NCBI RefSeq assembly: GCF_006345805.1
Contig: NW_021823656.1
Coordinates: 1 to 21,665, forward strand
Direction: 5' to 3'
DNA: 21,665 nucleotides
Source of the DNA: Octopus sinensis
Taxonomy: Eukaryota
Shown: positions 1 to 9,976 of the stretch, one piece after another
Layout of the letters: the number at the start of each line of letters is the position of its first letter
Position numbering within the stretch: the first letter of the stretch is position 1
Made by a program: the position numbers and the translations under genes
Notes under the pieces: model-generated
What the model was told of the DNA's origin: nothing
What the model saw: only the letters and a program-made list of their open reading frames with translations
The model's database searches: none

Positions 1-124
1 CTTACTCGTAGTATTTCTTAAAATTCTAATAAGCCGTATATGACATAAATACAATTGTTTGGTTAACGGAAGACGAAGCACAAAACGGTGTCCGACGTTT
101 ACTCATTTTTCGGTCTTTCAACTA

Positions 125-231
125 CGCACATATACGCACACACATACATATACACACGTAAAGACACACTCAGCTACACACACACACACGCACACACACA
201 CACGACACCACACGCACGCACACACACGTGT
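125..231. repeat. (CA)n imperfect microsatellite
   Basis: Seen directly. Confidence 0.95.
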
Positions 232-645
232 GTCAAGTTACTGAAGTAGTCTCCAATATTCTGTTGATCGATCTGATTGCTCGAAACATCAACAAGTCTT
301 CGTATCAATCCAAACAGTCCTAAAACTCTCCCCTAAACATCCCCTCCCCCAAAATCCAAATAATGCAAACGAATGATATATTGTCAAAAGGAAAAGAAAC
401 GACGGGAGAGTCACGATTGGAATGTCTCTAAGTTTACTCAGTCGAGTTGATTCGTCACATGAGTTACTATTCGTTTCTATTTCATAAATATAAACAGCCA
501 TATTTTGGTGGTGATGTCGGTGCTTTTAGGTTGCTCTGTATTATTAGATGAACTCTTGGAAAACCATATGATGAGTGTCTTTTCGGCGAGAAACTTTCAG
601 TAATCTAGAAGTAATCATTCATTAATAATGAAACCCTACCGCCCC

Positions 646-683
<38 letters not shown>

Positions 684-790
684 GTTTGTGTATGTGTGTG
701 TGTGTGCGTGTGTGTGGTGTGTGTGTATAGTAAATCCAAAAAGAAAAACAGACACAAAAAAACAACAACGCGAGGACGTGGTACGTAAAG

Positions 791-836
<46 letters not shown>

Positions 837-904
837 TATTTCACGCATTAACTAGTTTTGTTCGTATCATGCATGCAAATACAGTTCTTTCTTTCTTCTT
901 ACTC

Positions 905-954
<50 letters not shown>

Positions 955-965
955 CGTGTGCGTGC
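646..965. repeat. Cluster of (TA)n/(TG)n microsatellites (646-728, 791-834, 904-965)
   Basis: Seen directly. Confidence 0.95.
729..795 (-). mobile_element. 3' fragment of the same family as 19793-20012
   Basis: Reverse complement taatactttacgtaccacgtcctcgcgttgttgtttttttgtgtctgtttttctttttggatttact aligns by eye to about 19948-20012. It lies between (TG)n and (TA)n tracts. Confidence 0.7.
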
Positions 966-1039
966 AATGAGAAAAATGAATAGAAATGTCTTTTTGATAT
1001 TTTCCTACTTTAAAAATACGTGTTATATATAAAAATAAG

Positions 1040-1045
<6 letters not shown>

Positions 1046-1093
<48 letters not shown>

Positions 1094-1145
1094 GTATGTA
1101 TGATAGTATTTTATATATATATAGATGTTTATAATATATATATAT

Positions 1146-1203
<58 letters not shown>

Positions 1204-1330
1204 GCATATATATATATATATAATGTATATATGATATTATATATATAATATATATATTATATATATATATATATATAATATATCGAGGAGAGAGAGAGAA
1301 GAGAGAGAGAGGTTTATATATCTATATATA

Positions 1331-1367
<37 letters not shown>
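1046..1367. repeat. Long imperfect (TA)n with embedded (GA)n
   Basis: Seen directly. Confidence 0.95.
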
Positions 1368-1368
<1 letters not shown>

Positions 1369-2094
1369 TCAAAGTAGCAATTTGGTTTCTTGCTTTACTG
1401 TTTGAGATTAGTGAAGAGTTATTTGGAGCCCACTCTGGCGCCAACAAGGTTCCCCATCGAGCCTGCAACCCAAACATGTGGAACAGAGTTGTGCTTAGTG
1501 GACACGGCTGAAAAGAAAGACTCCCATTTTGTTCCCTCCTTCCAACCTAAATGCCACATACCAATGAAGGCGCCCGTATATATATCTTACTGGATACTGT
1601 TCAGTCACTTTGAAGATTATATATGCACTCTTTTGAACTTGCGGTCGTGCGCGTCAAGCGCGAAGAAGATAAAGTAAAACAAATAAATAAATAATGGCTG
1701 TAAACATAACGCCAGCACAGTGCACCATCACCACGCATTGTATACCCGAACCACTCATACACCCACCACTCGCATTCCTTCTCCCCCCCCTCTCTCAGTA
1801 ATTAAGTTGCTGAGATTTAAGATTACGATGTTGTTGCTTTTTCCCAATGTGCTTCCGGTCTAGACGCGGCATGTAAAATCCTATTCTTACACGTTTATTC
1901 CCTTAGGAAAGGCATGAACTTCACAACGTTTATTTATTCTCTTCTGGAAGTATTAAGTTTATTCTATAACGAATATAGTACAACCTCCTTATCAACACAG
2001 TAGACAGTATAACGCCGTACTAAATATCTTAGTGTTTTATCCTGGTTTCGAATCACGCATGTGGACGAAAAACAGTTATGTGATACGATCATTT

Positions 2095-2521
2095 ATGAAT
2101 GCAACGGCAGACGAAATACCTATTTCTTTATTGCCCACAAGGGGCTAAACACAGAGGGGACAAACAAGGACAGACATGGTATTAAGTCGATTACATCGAC
2201 CCCAGTGCGTAATGGTATTAATTTAATCGACCCCGAAAGGATGAAAAGGCAAGTCGACCTCGGCGAATTTGAACTCAGAACGCAACGGCAGACGAATACC
2301 TATTTCTTTATTACCCACAAGGGGCTAAACACAGAGGGGACAAACAAGGACAGACATAGGTATTAAGTCGATTACATCGACCCCAGTGCGTAACTGGTAC
2401 TTAATTTATCGACCCCGAAAGGATGAAAGCAAAGTCGACCTCGGCGGAATGTGAACTCACACGTAACGCAGACGAAATACCGCTAAGCATTCGCCCGGCG
2501 TGCTAGCGTTTCTGCCAGCTC
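2095..2521 (-). mobile_element. tRNA-derived SINE family A, concatemeric (head, two 181-nt units, start of a third)
   Basis: Minus-strand head with A-box-like TGGCAGAAACG and B-box-like GAGTTC(A)AATT. Central ggtcgactttgcctttcatcctttcggggtcgataaattaagtacc. The gtcgattacatcgac hairpin occurs at 2186 and 2367 (period 181). Confidence 0.9.
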
Positions 2522-3644
2522 ACTGAAATATCATCGATGGAACTAGCAAAAGAATTTGGACGAGACTGAAGTAAAGAAAGATTCCGGATTTTCGACGGTA
2601 GATCAGTCGGTTCTATGAAGCCGAACTGGAGATCATGCACAAAAGTCACCAGTTCGGTGGTCGTCGACTGCACCTAACGGATCAATAAGCCACCCAGTCG
2701 CCCCCTATCGCTTCTGCTAATGTACTGTCGTTATTATTTATGTAAATTAGCAAAGAATCTACTTTCTATTATTTGATTAAAAATTAACTCCAACTGGTGG
2801 TCTGTAAGTTTAAGAGGATTTACTCGGACTAAAAGTTGCTAGATATTGTTTGAGCAAAGAGGGGAGAGATAAAGCCAAATGTTTTTGTATTTCTACTTGT
2901 TTTGAATATTTTTTGTCCATGTTGGTCTATGTCTCTCCCCCCCCCCCCCACCTTTTTTTTCCTGAACCCGATGACTCATCAGGCCGATTATATGGTTCCC
3001 AAGCCGTATAAATGATCGAGATCACAATATTCTATCAAAAACAGAACCAAAAACTTCAAGTATTATTCATGTAAAGTACGCAGGTCTGGCATCAGTGTGA
3101 CAAGAAGTTTGTTAAGCAGCGTTCAATGTTGTTTCTGAAAGTGGTGTTGTGTATTTCTGTCGCGGGGGAAAATAGTGGAAAACTTTGCTATTGTCAAAGA
3201 TAGAATGATTGGCGCGGACTGGAGCGTTGCTGGCGTTGTTGTCATTGAAACCAACGCATGTATTTACTGTACAAATAATAATAACGTAATTATTGGTGGT
3301 GGTGGTTGTAGTAGAAATGTTAGTGGCAGAGAAATGTTAGTTGAATAATGCGTTTCAGAATCGCTCAATGTAGTGTCAAGTTATTTAGGAGTGAGAACTG
3401 ATCAAGCAATGCAAACAGATAATAATCCTGGGATATTATTTTTTTTGTTCTGTCGAAGTAAATTGCGTTTTAGTATTATAAAAGAAAAAGGAGGTGTCGT
3501 GGTTGGTGGAGAAAAAGACGAATAGGAATAATAAAACAAGAAAAATAAATATAAGGGAGAGGAAATTCGCGTAAAGTTAGCTAAAATGTTTTCCCATGCT
3601 GAGCGTACAATTAAAGACATCAACAAAGCAATCAAAAGTCAGCG

Positions 3645-3830
3645 CATGAGACTAGTTTGTTGCATGATCTGTTAGAAATAGCAGCCAAATCTCCCTCAAA
3701 CTACATCATACTGTCTGAAGAAAGAACTCGTTAGATAATCTGGACGTGTGTTCGTTGCGTATTAAAAAAAAGATTCAGCAGGAATGGTCACGGCTAGATT
3801 GTTTCGATCATAAGCCTGTGATCTAGGATT
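3645..3830 (+). repeat. Fragment of an additional dispersed repeat (family D)
   Basis: gcatgatctgttagaaatagcagccaaat (3662-3690) recurs as gcatgacctgctagaaaaaagtagccaaac (10922-10951). Confidence 0.5.
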
Positions 3831-4116
3831 CAGCGACAACCCGAACAATTTTTTTTAAAAAAAGACAACAAACAACCACATTAACAAGAATAATTATTTT
3901 AAAGAGAAACAAGGTCCACATATCTGGGGGCAAGGAGCACGTGACATCAATGGATGGCAGGTAAAGTTGAGCACTGCGGGGTTTCAGCTTAGAATGTAAA
4001 AGAGCTTTAATAGCACAAAATATTTTCTCCGTTGCTCCACCGATTTTGCCATACACCGTCCTTAATAATTCCTAACATGAGCATAAGACCACAAATAAAT
4101 AAGAAAAGAGCTATTT

Positions 4117-4255
4117 GGTTAATCAACCCAGAACATGGTACTTTATTTTATCGATAGCAGAAAGGTAAAGTTGACCGCAACAAAATTTGAGTATAAAGAA
4201 CCGGACCAAACAGCACAGGGAATTTTGTCCGATGCTCTAATGATCTCGTCACCCA
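4117..4255 (-). mobile_element. Decayed SINE family A
   Basis: tggtactttattttatcgatagcagaaaggtaaagttgaccgcaacaaaatttgag matches the family A central region. Confidence 0.55.
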
Positions 4256-4990
4256 ACACTGATTTCGAACGTTTGGGGCTAATACGTCACGCATGAATAC
4301 TTTCCTAAGTAATTTCCAGCTGCGGTGGAGTGGACATGTGGCACGCATACTCGACTCTAGGCTCCCTAAACAGATCTTCTTTGGTGAACTTGAAGTTGGC
4401 TTTCGGTTACGTGGTGGACCAAAGAGGAAATGCAAAGACGCTGTCAGGACAACCTTAAAAAGAGAGCAATCTAGAGCAGTCTACCTGGAAACATCATCCT
4501 CAAAATTACTCACTCTGACATAACGCTGTGTATTCTGGAGTAGAGTCCTCAGAAATGATGGGAGAAGCTAAAGAGAGGAAAGCTGTACAGAGTCTTGATT
4601 CTACTATTACCTACATCTGTGGGGGCGCATGGCTTAGTGGTTACGGTGTCAGGATCATGATGGTAACATTGTGGTTTCGATTCCTGGACCGGGCGACGCG
4701 TTGTGTTATTGAGCAAAACACTTCATTTCACGTTGCTCCAGTCCACTCAGCTGGCAAAAATGAGTAACGCTGCGATGGACTGGCGTCCCGTCCAGCTGGG
4801 GAACACATACGCCATTGAAACCGGGAAACCGGGCCCATGAGCCTGGCTAGGCTTTAAAAGGGCGCATTTATTTTATTTATTACCTACCTCTACAGTAACT
4901 GTAGGTTTTATGTTAATATTAGCATAATAAACCATCTCAAGACCATCAAAGAATAAAGCTGATAATTCGCTCATCTTCGGAGACATGTAA
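4240..4990 (+). mobile_element. Decayed RTE-clade non-LTR retrotransposon, ORF C-terminus and 3' end, interrupted by SINE C
   Basis: 4293-4460 encodes QLRWSGHVARILDSRLPKQIFFGELEVGFRLRGGPKRKCKDAVRTTLK, the typical RTE motif LRWxGHVxRMxDxRLPKQxFYGEL...GGxKKRFKDxLK. After a frameshift it continues STWK...AVYSGV...AKERKA...TYIC, and beyond the SINE it resumes SNCR...HLKT, a broken C-terminal Cys/His motif. Confidence 0.85.
4619..4877 (+). mobile_element. tRNA-derived SINE family C (CORE-like) with 14-bp TSD
   Basis: A box TGGCTTAGTGG, B box GTTTCGATTCC, ttgagcaaaacacttcatttcacgttgctccagtccactcagctg, (ATTT)n tail. TSD tattacctac(a/c)tct at 4605-4618 and 4878-4891. Confidence 0.92.
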
Positions 4991-5057
4991 AAGTAAGGTC
5001 AGAGGGCAGTCATATTTTACAGAGGTGGCAGTGAAAGACACGAATCATAGGCCTTGA

Positions 5058-5160
5058 ATGGTACTTTATCGGCTTCGGAAAGATGAATCGTTGACCTCTA
5101 CAGAATTTGAACGTTGAAACATAAGACGTAACTCGATACTCGAAGACATTTGTGTCCACA
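5058..5160 (-). mobile_element. Decayed SINE family A
   Basis: tggtactttatcggcttcggaaagatgaatcgttgacctctacagaatttgaac matches the family A central region and B box. Confidence 0.5.
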
Positions 5161-5888
5161 GATTTACTGTATTCGATCTCCTCACCCCACTGCCCTCTAC
5201 TTCCTCCAAATGAAACCAAACTCAACCGAACTGAGCAACAAAAACGATATCATATTAATTTCGCTTATGTTGACAATAAATATCATAAGAACCAGAAATA
5301 ACAAACTCAAACATACAACAAAAATAAATAAATAAAATTATCCAAAATTTTATAAAGTAAATAAATAAAAAAAAAGAATAGGGTTCGCTGAGTTAAGTAT
5401 GCTTAGGGGACGTTTAAAACAAAATAGGTTAGGAAAACATTACATCAAAGGAGACTTCAATGTTTGGTAAAAAATCAGCCAAAATAAAACGGTTTGAAAG
5501 ACGTATGATATCGGTTGTGTGTTTCTTTTACAGAGAAAACCTGACCGTCAGCTGTTGACTGGCGGAAACGAAAAACACTAAAAACGTTTTGGTGGTTCAT
5601 TATTATTATATTATTTCTTTTTTGTTTGTTTTCTTTTAGATTTTGTTTCGTATTGGTCGTTGCTGTTTTTGTGACAGCTTCGTTGTTGGCTTCCTTTTTT
5701 CTTTTTTTCTGTTGTGCGTGTTTCGTTATTTCTACGATAAGAACAGATTTGATAATAGACGACTATTGAGGAGTTTGTTGCTATTTCTTCCGCTTTTATG
5801 CACTTCTTTTCATTCTTTTTTTTTTCTTTCCTTAAATCTTAACAACTAAAGCAAATAAAGGAAAGCTTACAAGAATCTTTCAAGTTGG

Positions 5889-5890
<2 letters not shown>

Positions 5891-5925
<35 letters not shown>

Positions 5926-5936
5926 CCACCACCACC

Positions 5937-5967
<31 letters not shown>

Positions 5968-5968
5968 C

Positions 5969-6025
<57 letters not shown>
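5891..6025. repeat. Compound trinucleotide (CAT)n(CAC)n(CAT)n(TAT)n
   Basis: Seen directly; explains the poly-His/poly-Tyr ORF. Confidence 0.97.
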
Positions 6026-6026
<1 letters not shown>

Positions 6027-6289
6027 TGTTAATTAAGACAAGAGATGTTCCAAACAGTAAACCAGAGATAAAAACGAATCAACAGGGCATCGAAGTGGGA
6101 AAAAAAAAGAAAAGCCGTCCCCAAAGACAAATATATGCACTCCCCCCCCCTCCACACGCAGAAAAAGTGCCAGTGTTCACCAGTCTATGATCGAGCGATA
6201 AGTTGTGTGTGTGTGTGTGTGTGTGTGCGTGCGCGCGCGCGCGCGTGTGTGTGTGTATGTGATGAAGTGTATGTGGGTGAGTGTCGACT

Positions 6290-6424
6290 ACAACCTCAGT
6301 TCGACCCAAGTTTTGTGATTGAAAACCCGGCTAAAAGACATGTTCCTACGACGACAAGCAGTGGGATCGAACCTGGGATGCTTAGTTGCTAATCAAACCC
6401 CTTAACCACTCAACCACTCACGTG
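6290..6424 (-). mobile_element. Old tRNA-headed SINE (family B/C-like)
   Basis: Minus-strand A box TGGTTGAGTGG (6406-6416) and B box GGTTCGATCCC (6363-6373), followed by a decayed CORE-like segment. Confidence 0.6.
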
Positions 6425-6454
6425 TGTGGTTGAGTATGTATGGGTGATTACACA

Positions 6455-6497
<43 letters not shown>

Positions 6498-6529
6498 AAA
6501 TACAGATACACATACACACACACACTCAA

Positions 6530-6620
6530 TTATTCTTTTATTAGTTTCACTCGTTTGACGACGGCCATGCTGGGGCAACACTTTTAGAAAATTTTAGCCA
6601 ATCCCATCGACTCTTGTACA
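6530..6620 (-). mobile_element. SINE family B 3' tail fragment
   Basis: ttcttttattagtttcactcgtttgacgacggccatgctggggc matches 8897-8945. Confidence 0.7.
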
Positions 6621-6707
6621 TTTTGAACAAATAATCTCGTCTCAGTTATTTGGACGTAACTGCTCCAATGAACACTCAAACACGCACACACACACACACA
6701 ACACACT

Positions 6708-6796
<89 letters not shown>

Positions 6797-7038
6797 CACA
6801 AAGAGGTAGTTTTCGACTTTGCCAATTAAGTCGTTTCTAATTAAGAGAGAAATCACAACGGGAGGTTCTTTTCCCGTTGAAAAGAGCAGAAAAAAAGGAA
6901 AGCAGTGTTCGTTGGCTCGTAAATATTCGCTCAGTGATAACAAGATGGATGCGTTGTTCGTTTGTAACAGACATGATGATACCGAGCGGGGCCGTTGGGG
7001 GCGGGCGCTGATGTTCGCCGTCTCTCACCAACGTGATT

Positions 7039-7051
7039 TGACCTTTGACCC
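7039..7051. promoter_or_regulatory. DR1 nuclear-receptor-type motif TGACCTtTGACCC
   Basis: Reverse complement GGGTCAaAGGTCA fits the RXR/COUP-TF/HNF4 DR1 consensus; GC box ggggcggg at 6998-7005. Motif match only. Confidence 0.3.
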
Positions 7052-7094
7052 TACACACAGGTACATCCATCTCTGATCGGAAGCAAAATAATCG

Positions 7095-7454
7095 TTAGGC
7101 GTGGCTGTATCGTAAGAAGCTTACTTCCCCAGAACATGGCTCCTGGTCCATTCACACTAAAAGGCGTCAAAGCCCTTTCAGTGGATTTGGTCGACGGAAA
7201 CTAAAAGAAGCCCGTCATATATATATGTGTGTGCGCGTGTCTGTGTGCGTGTTTGTTCTACTACCATCGCTCCGCAACCATTGTTGGTGTGTTTACATCC
7301 CCGTAATTAGCCGTTCTACAAAAAAGAGTGACGTTAAAATAAGTACCAACATTTTTTTAAAAAATGAATAAATCCTGTGGTCGATTCGTTCGAGTAAAAT
7401 GCTTGAGGGCGGTGCCCCAGCATGGCCGCAGTCTAATCACTAAAGCAAGTAAAA
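7095..7454 (+). mobile_element. SINE family B, older copy lacking most of the CORE-like segment
   Basis: aggcgtggctgtatcgtaagaagctt head; gtggatttggtcgacggaaactaaaagaagcccgtc; short microsatellite; gtgccccagcatggccgcagtc tail. Confidence 0.85.
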
Positions 7455-7992
7455 TATAGCACGTATAAAGACGTGTCGAAGTATTTCTTTGTTTTATTTG
7501 TACTACATATATTTGTGTGTGTGAGTGTGTGAGTGTGTGTGTGCGTATATGTGTGTGTGTGTATAATAGGTCCTGGTAGGGTAGAAAGTCGGTGTATTTC
7601 CAATGCACCGCTCAACTCGAACCCCTATTTCTCTCCTTTCTCCAGCTGGGATCTTTTCTTATCTTCTTTCCTATATTTAGTATTATTATTATTATTATTA
7701 TCGTTTCGGTTTTGTCCATCAGTTTTGCACCATTTTACTTCTTATCTTTCCACTTACTCTTTCCTCGCTGTATAAGCAACATAAAATACTGGACAGTCGC
7801 CCAATGTTCTTAAAAGCGCATCTTTTGATGCCAGTCTCATGAAGTGCCACACCAATGTAATCAACCGCAAAACTCGCATGACTTAGGATAATGGAATCGT
7901 TTACGAGCCATGGCATTAAAAACGGAGTGGCACCAAAACGACTGCAACTGATAATAAAGATGCGCTAATTTCATTCTTCGCTCTCTTATGTG

Positions 7993-8016
7993 GATTATCT
8001 ATCAATCCATCTATCC

Positions 8017-8070
<54 letters not shown>

Positions 8071-8296
8071 TTATCTATCTATCTATCTCCCCCTTTGTAT
8101 TTTACCCCCCCCCCCCTTTTTGTCCTTTCTTCCATTACGATCCCTTTTGATCGAAAACCCCCCCCAAAACCAAACCCCCTTCTTTTACCCCCAAAAGAAA
8201 AGCTCTACCTTGTAATTTTGTCCTGTCTATCTGTCTGTCTGTCTGTCTGTCCATCCATCCATCCATCCATCCATCCATCTATCTATCCATCCATCC

Positions 8297-8333
<37 letters not shown>

Positions 8334-8370
8334 ATCTATCTATCTATCTATTTATCAATCTATCTATCTA

Positions 8371-8408
<38 letters not shown>

Positions 8409-8436
8409 CGTCCGTCCGTCCGTCCATCCATCCACT
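7993..8436. repeat. Tetranucleotide mosaic (ATCT)n/(GTCT)n/(ATCC)n/(GTCC)n in two blocks (7993-8087, 8223-8436)
   Basis: Seen directly. Confidence 0.95.
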
Positions 8437-8890
8437 GATCTATGAAAAACACATTCAAGTGTGTATCTGATGCTTTCGTTTCTTCAGCTACAGCCATCAT
8501 GAGCATTGGACGAATTACAGTATTCTGGCTCATTAAACTCGACCTTTGCTACCAATGTGACCTTTAATCTCGACCGCTGCCACCCACCATAGTGACACTT
8601 AAACGGGAAGGGACATTGGATAATGTAGTCCTAGATGCATTTCTCTTAATGATGGTCACTAATAGACTGTCTTAGGCCATAGCTTTGCACTATAAAACCT
8701 GACCTAATCTAAACACCAGCAACACTTATGCGATCTAATTTTAAATGCTTGGTCCATCGCCGCCATCGTCAACCTACAGCTACGGGCTAATGGAGCGACT
8801 AAATAACGACCGACTCTTTTATAGTCCGGGGTATATAAATTACTAGGTCGGTATAGTTTGACTATGCCCCGAGCATATATATATATATAC

Positions 8891-9291
8891 TCTTTATTCT
8901 TTTACTTGTTTCAGTCATTTGACTGCGGCCATGCTGGAGCGCCGCCTTTAGTCGTGCAAATCGACCCCGGGACTTATTCTTTGTAAGCCCAGTACTTATT
9001 CTATCGGTTTCTTTTGCCGAGCCGCTAAGTGACGGGGACGTAAACACACCAAGATCGGTTGTCAAGCAATGCTAGGGGGACAAACACCGACACACACATA
9101 CACACACATATATATATATACATATATACGACAGGCTTCTTTCAGTTTCCGTCTGCCAAATCCACTCACAAGGCATTGGTCGGCCCGGGGCTATAGTAGA
9201 AGACACTTGCCCAAGATGCCACGCAGTGGGACTGAACCCGAAACTATGTGGTTGGTTAGCAAGCTACTTACCAGACAGCCACTCCTGCGCC
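8891..9291 (-). mobile_element. SINE family B, full length, inserted in (TA)n
   Basis: Reverse complement of the 13784-14303 architecture. tatatatatac flanks both ends (8880-8890, 9292-9302), TSD-like but low complexity. Confidence 0.92.
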
Positions 9292-9369
9292 TATATATAT
9301 ACATTGATTAATTATACAGTATTGCTAGACCGAATGGTTTGAATGTGTTTCTTCATAGATGTGTCCTGT

Positions 9370-9470
9370 GAGAGTAAACCTGGGGTTAAACATCAGCTAC
9401 ACTGCTCCATCATATACTTTGTCTAAAGATCTGATCCATCAGGACAGGCCTAGGGCTAAACAACAACTCA
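9370..9470 (+). repeat. Family D tail fragment
   Basis: atcaggacaggcctagggctaaacaacaac, with an upstream partial copy acctggggttaaacatcag. Confidence 0.45.
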
Positions 9471-9570
9471 ACACTTCATCCAATGTATCACCATCCCTGC
9501 AACTGACCTCACCACCGCCCCCATCATCGTTATTATAACCTTTGACTGAACAGCACCGCCTCCTTTCCAA

Positions 9571-9717
9571 TCACCACCACCACCACAATCACCACCACCA
9601 CCACAATCACCACTACCACCACCACCACCACAATCACCACTACCACCACCACCATCATCATCATCACCTTCATCATCATCATCACCATAATTCCATCCGT
9701 CATCATCAGCAACATTT
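9571..9717. repeat. (CAC)n/(CAT)n tract with a higher-order aatcaccaccaccaccac unit
   Basis: Seen directly. Confidence 0.93.
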
Positions 9718-9939
9718 TTATTTTGTTGATCATTTCGAGAGCAACCTCGTTCATTTCACCCCACCTCACCCCCATCCCCACCCCACCTCCGCCCCGTCCG
9801 CCATCACTGCCTCTTCACCCAGCAATCAATCATTTCTCTCTTATGCTTGTCAAGTTATCTCCTTAAGGGTCTTCAGACATCTTCTGAACACCTAACTAGT
9901 TAACAGTGCTGCGCCGAATATTGTGTGTCTAACATGAGT

Positions 9940-9944
9940 CTATG

Positions 9945-9976
<32 letters not shown>

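Larger units (their letters stand above)
6204..6799. repeat. (TG)n(CG)n at 6204-6258 and (CA)n at 6449-6526 and 6673-6799
   Basis: Seen directly. Confidence 0.93.

Noticed and set aside
548-600. atgatgagtgtcttttcggcgagaaactttc as a decayed hammerhead
   Set aside because: C3 missing, weak stem II, no palindromic stem III and no stem I pairing.
1390-1560. Possible CR1-like remnant (LY..LVKSYLE / WSPL) or exon
   Set aside because: Similarity too short and frame-dependent; no confident family match.
2095-2521. CRISPR-like or prokaryotic repeat array
   Set aside because: Units are long, have no unique spacers and are SINE-derived in a eukaryotic context.
2525-2680. Minus-strand open frame VQSTTTELVTFVHDLQFGF resembling an RT motif
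   Set aside because: Motif order is wrong for LINE RT (QFGF normally precedes ST) and the apparent donor is supplied by the SINE head.
2960-2995. CTGATGA on the minus strand (tcatcag) near gatgactcatc
   Set aside because: No stem II or GAAA geometry; the AP-1-like palindrome is short enough to be chance.
3905-3960. Candidate 56-nt exon with AG/GTAAAG ends, or upstream RTE sequence (TYLG, RGFSLECK)
   Set aside because: No recognisable protein; spacing fits RTE poorly; unsupported without RNA-seq.
5533-5590. Acceptor-like tttcttttacag followed by a short open frame
   Set aside because: Stops within about 15 codons and no partner exon is visible.
5885-6190. ORF with poly-His and poly-Tyr
   Set aside because: Translation of a compound trinucleotide microsatellite, starting at TTG, with no domain.
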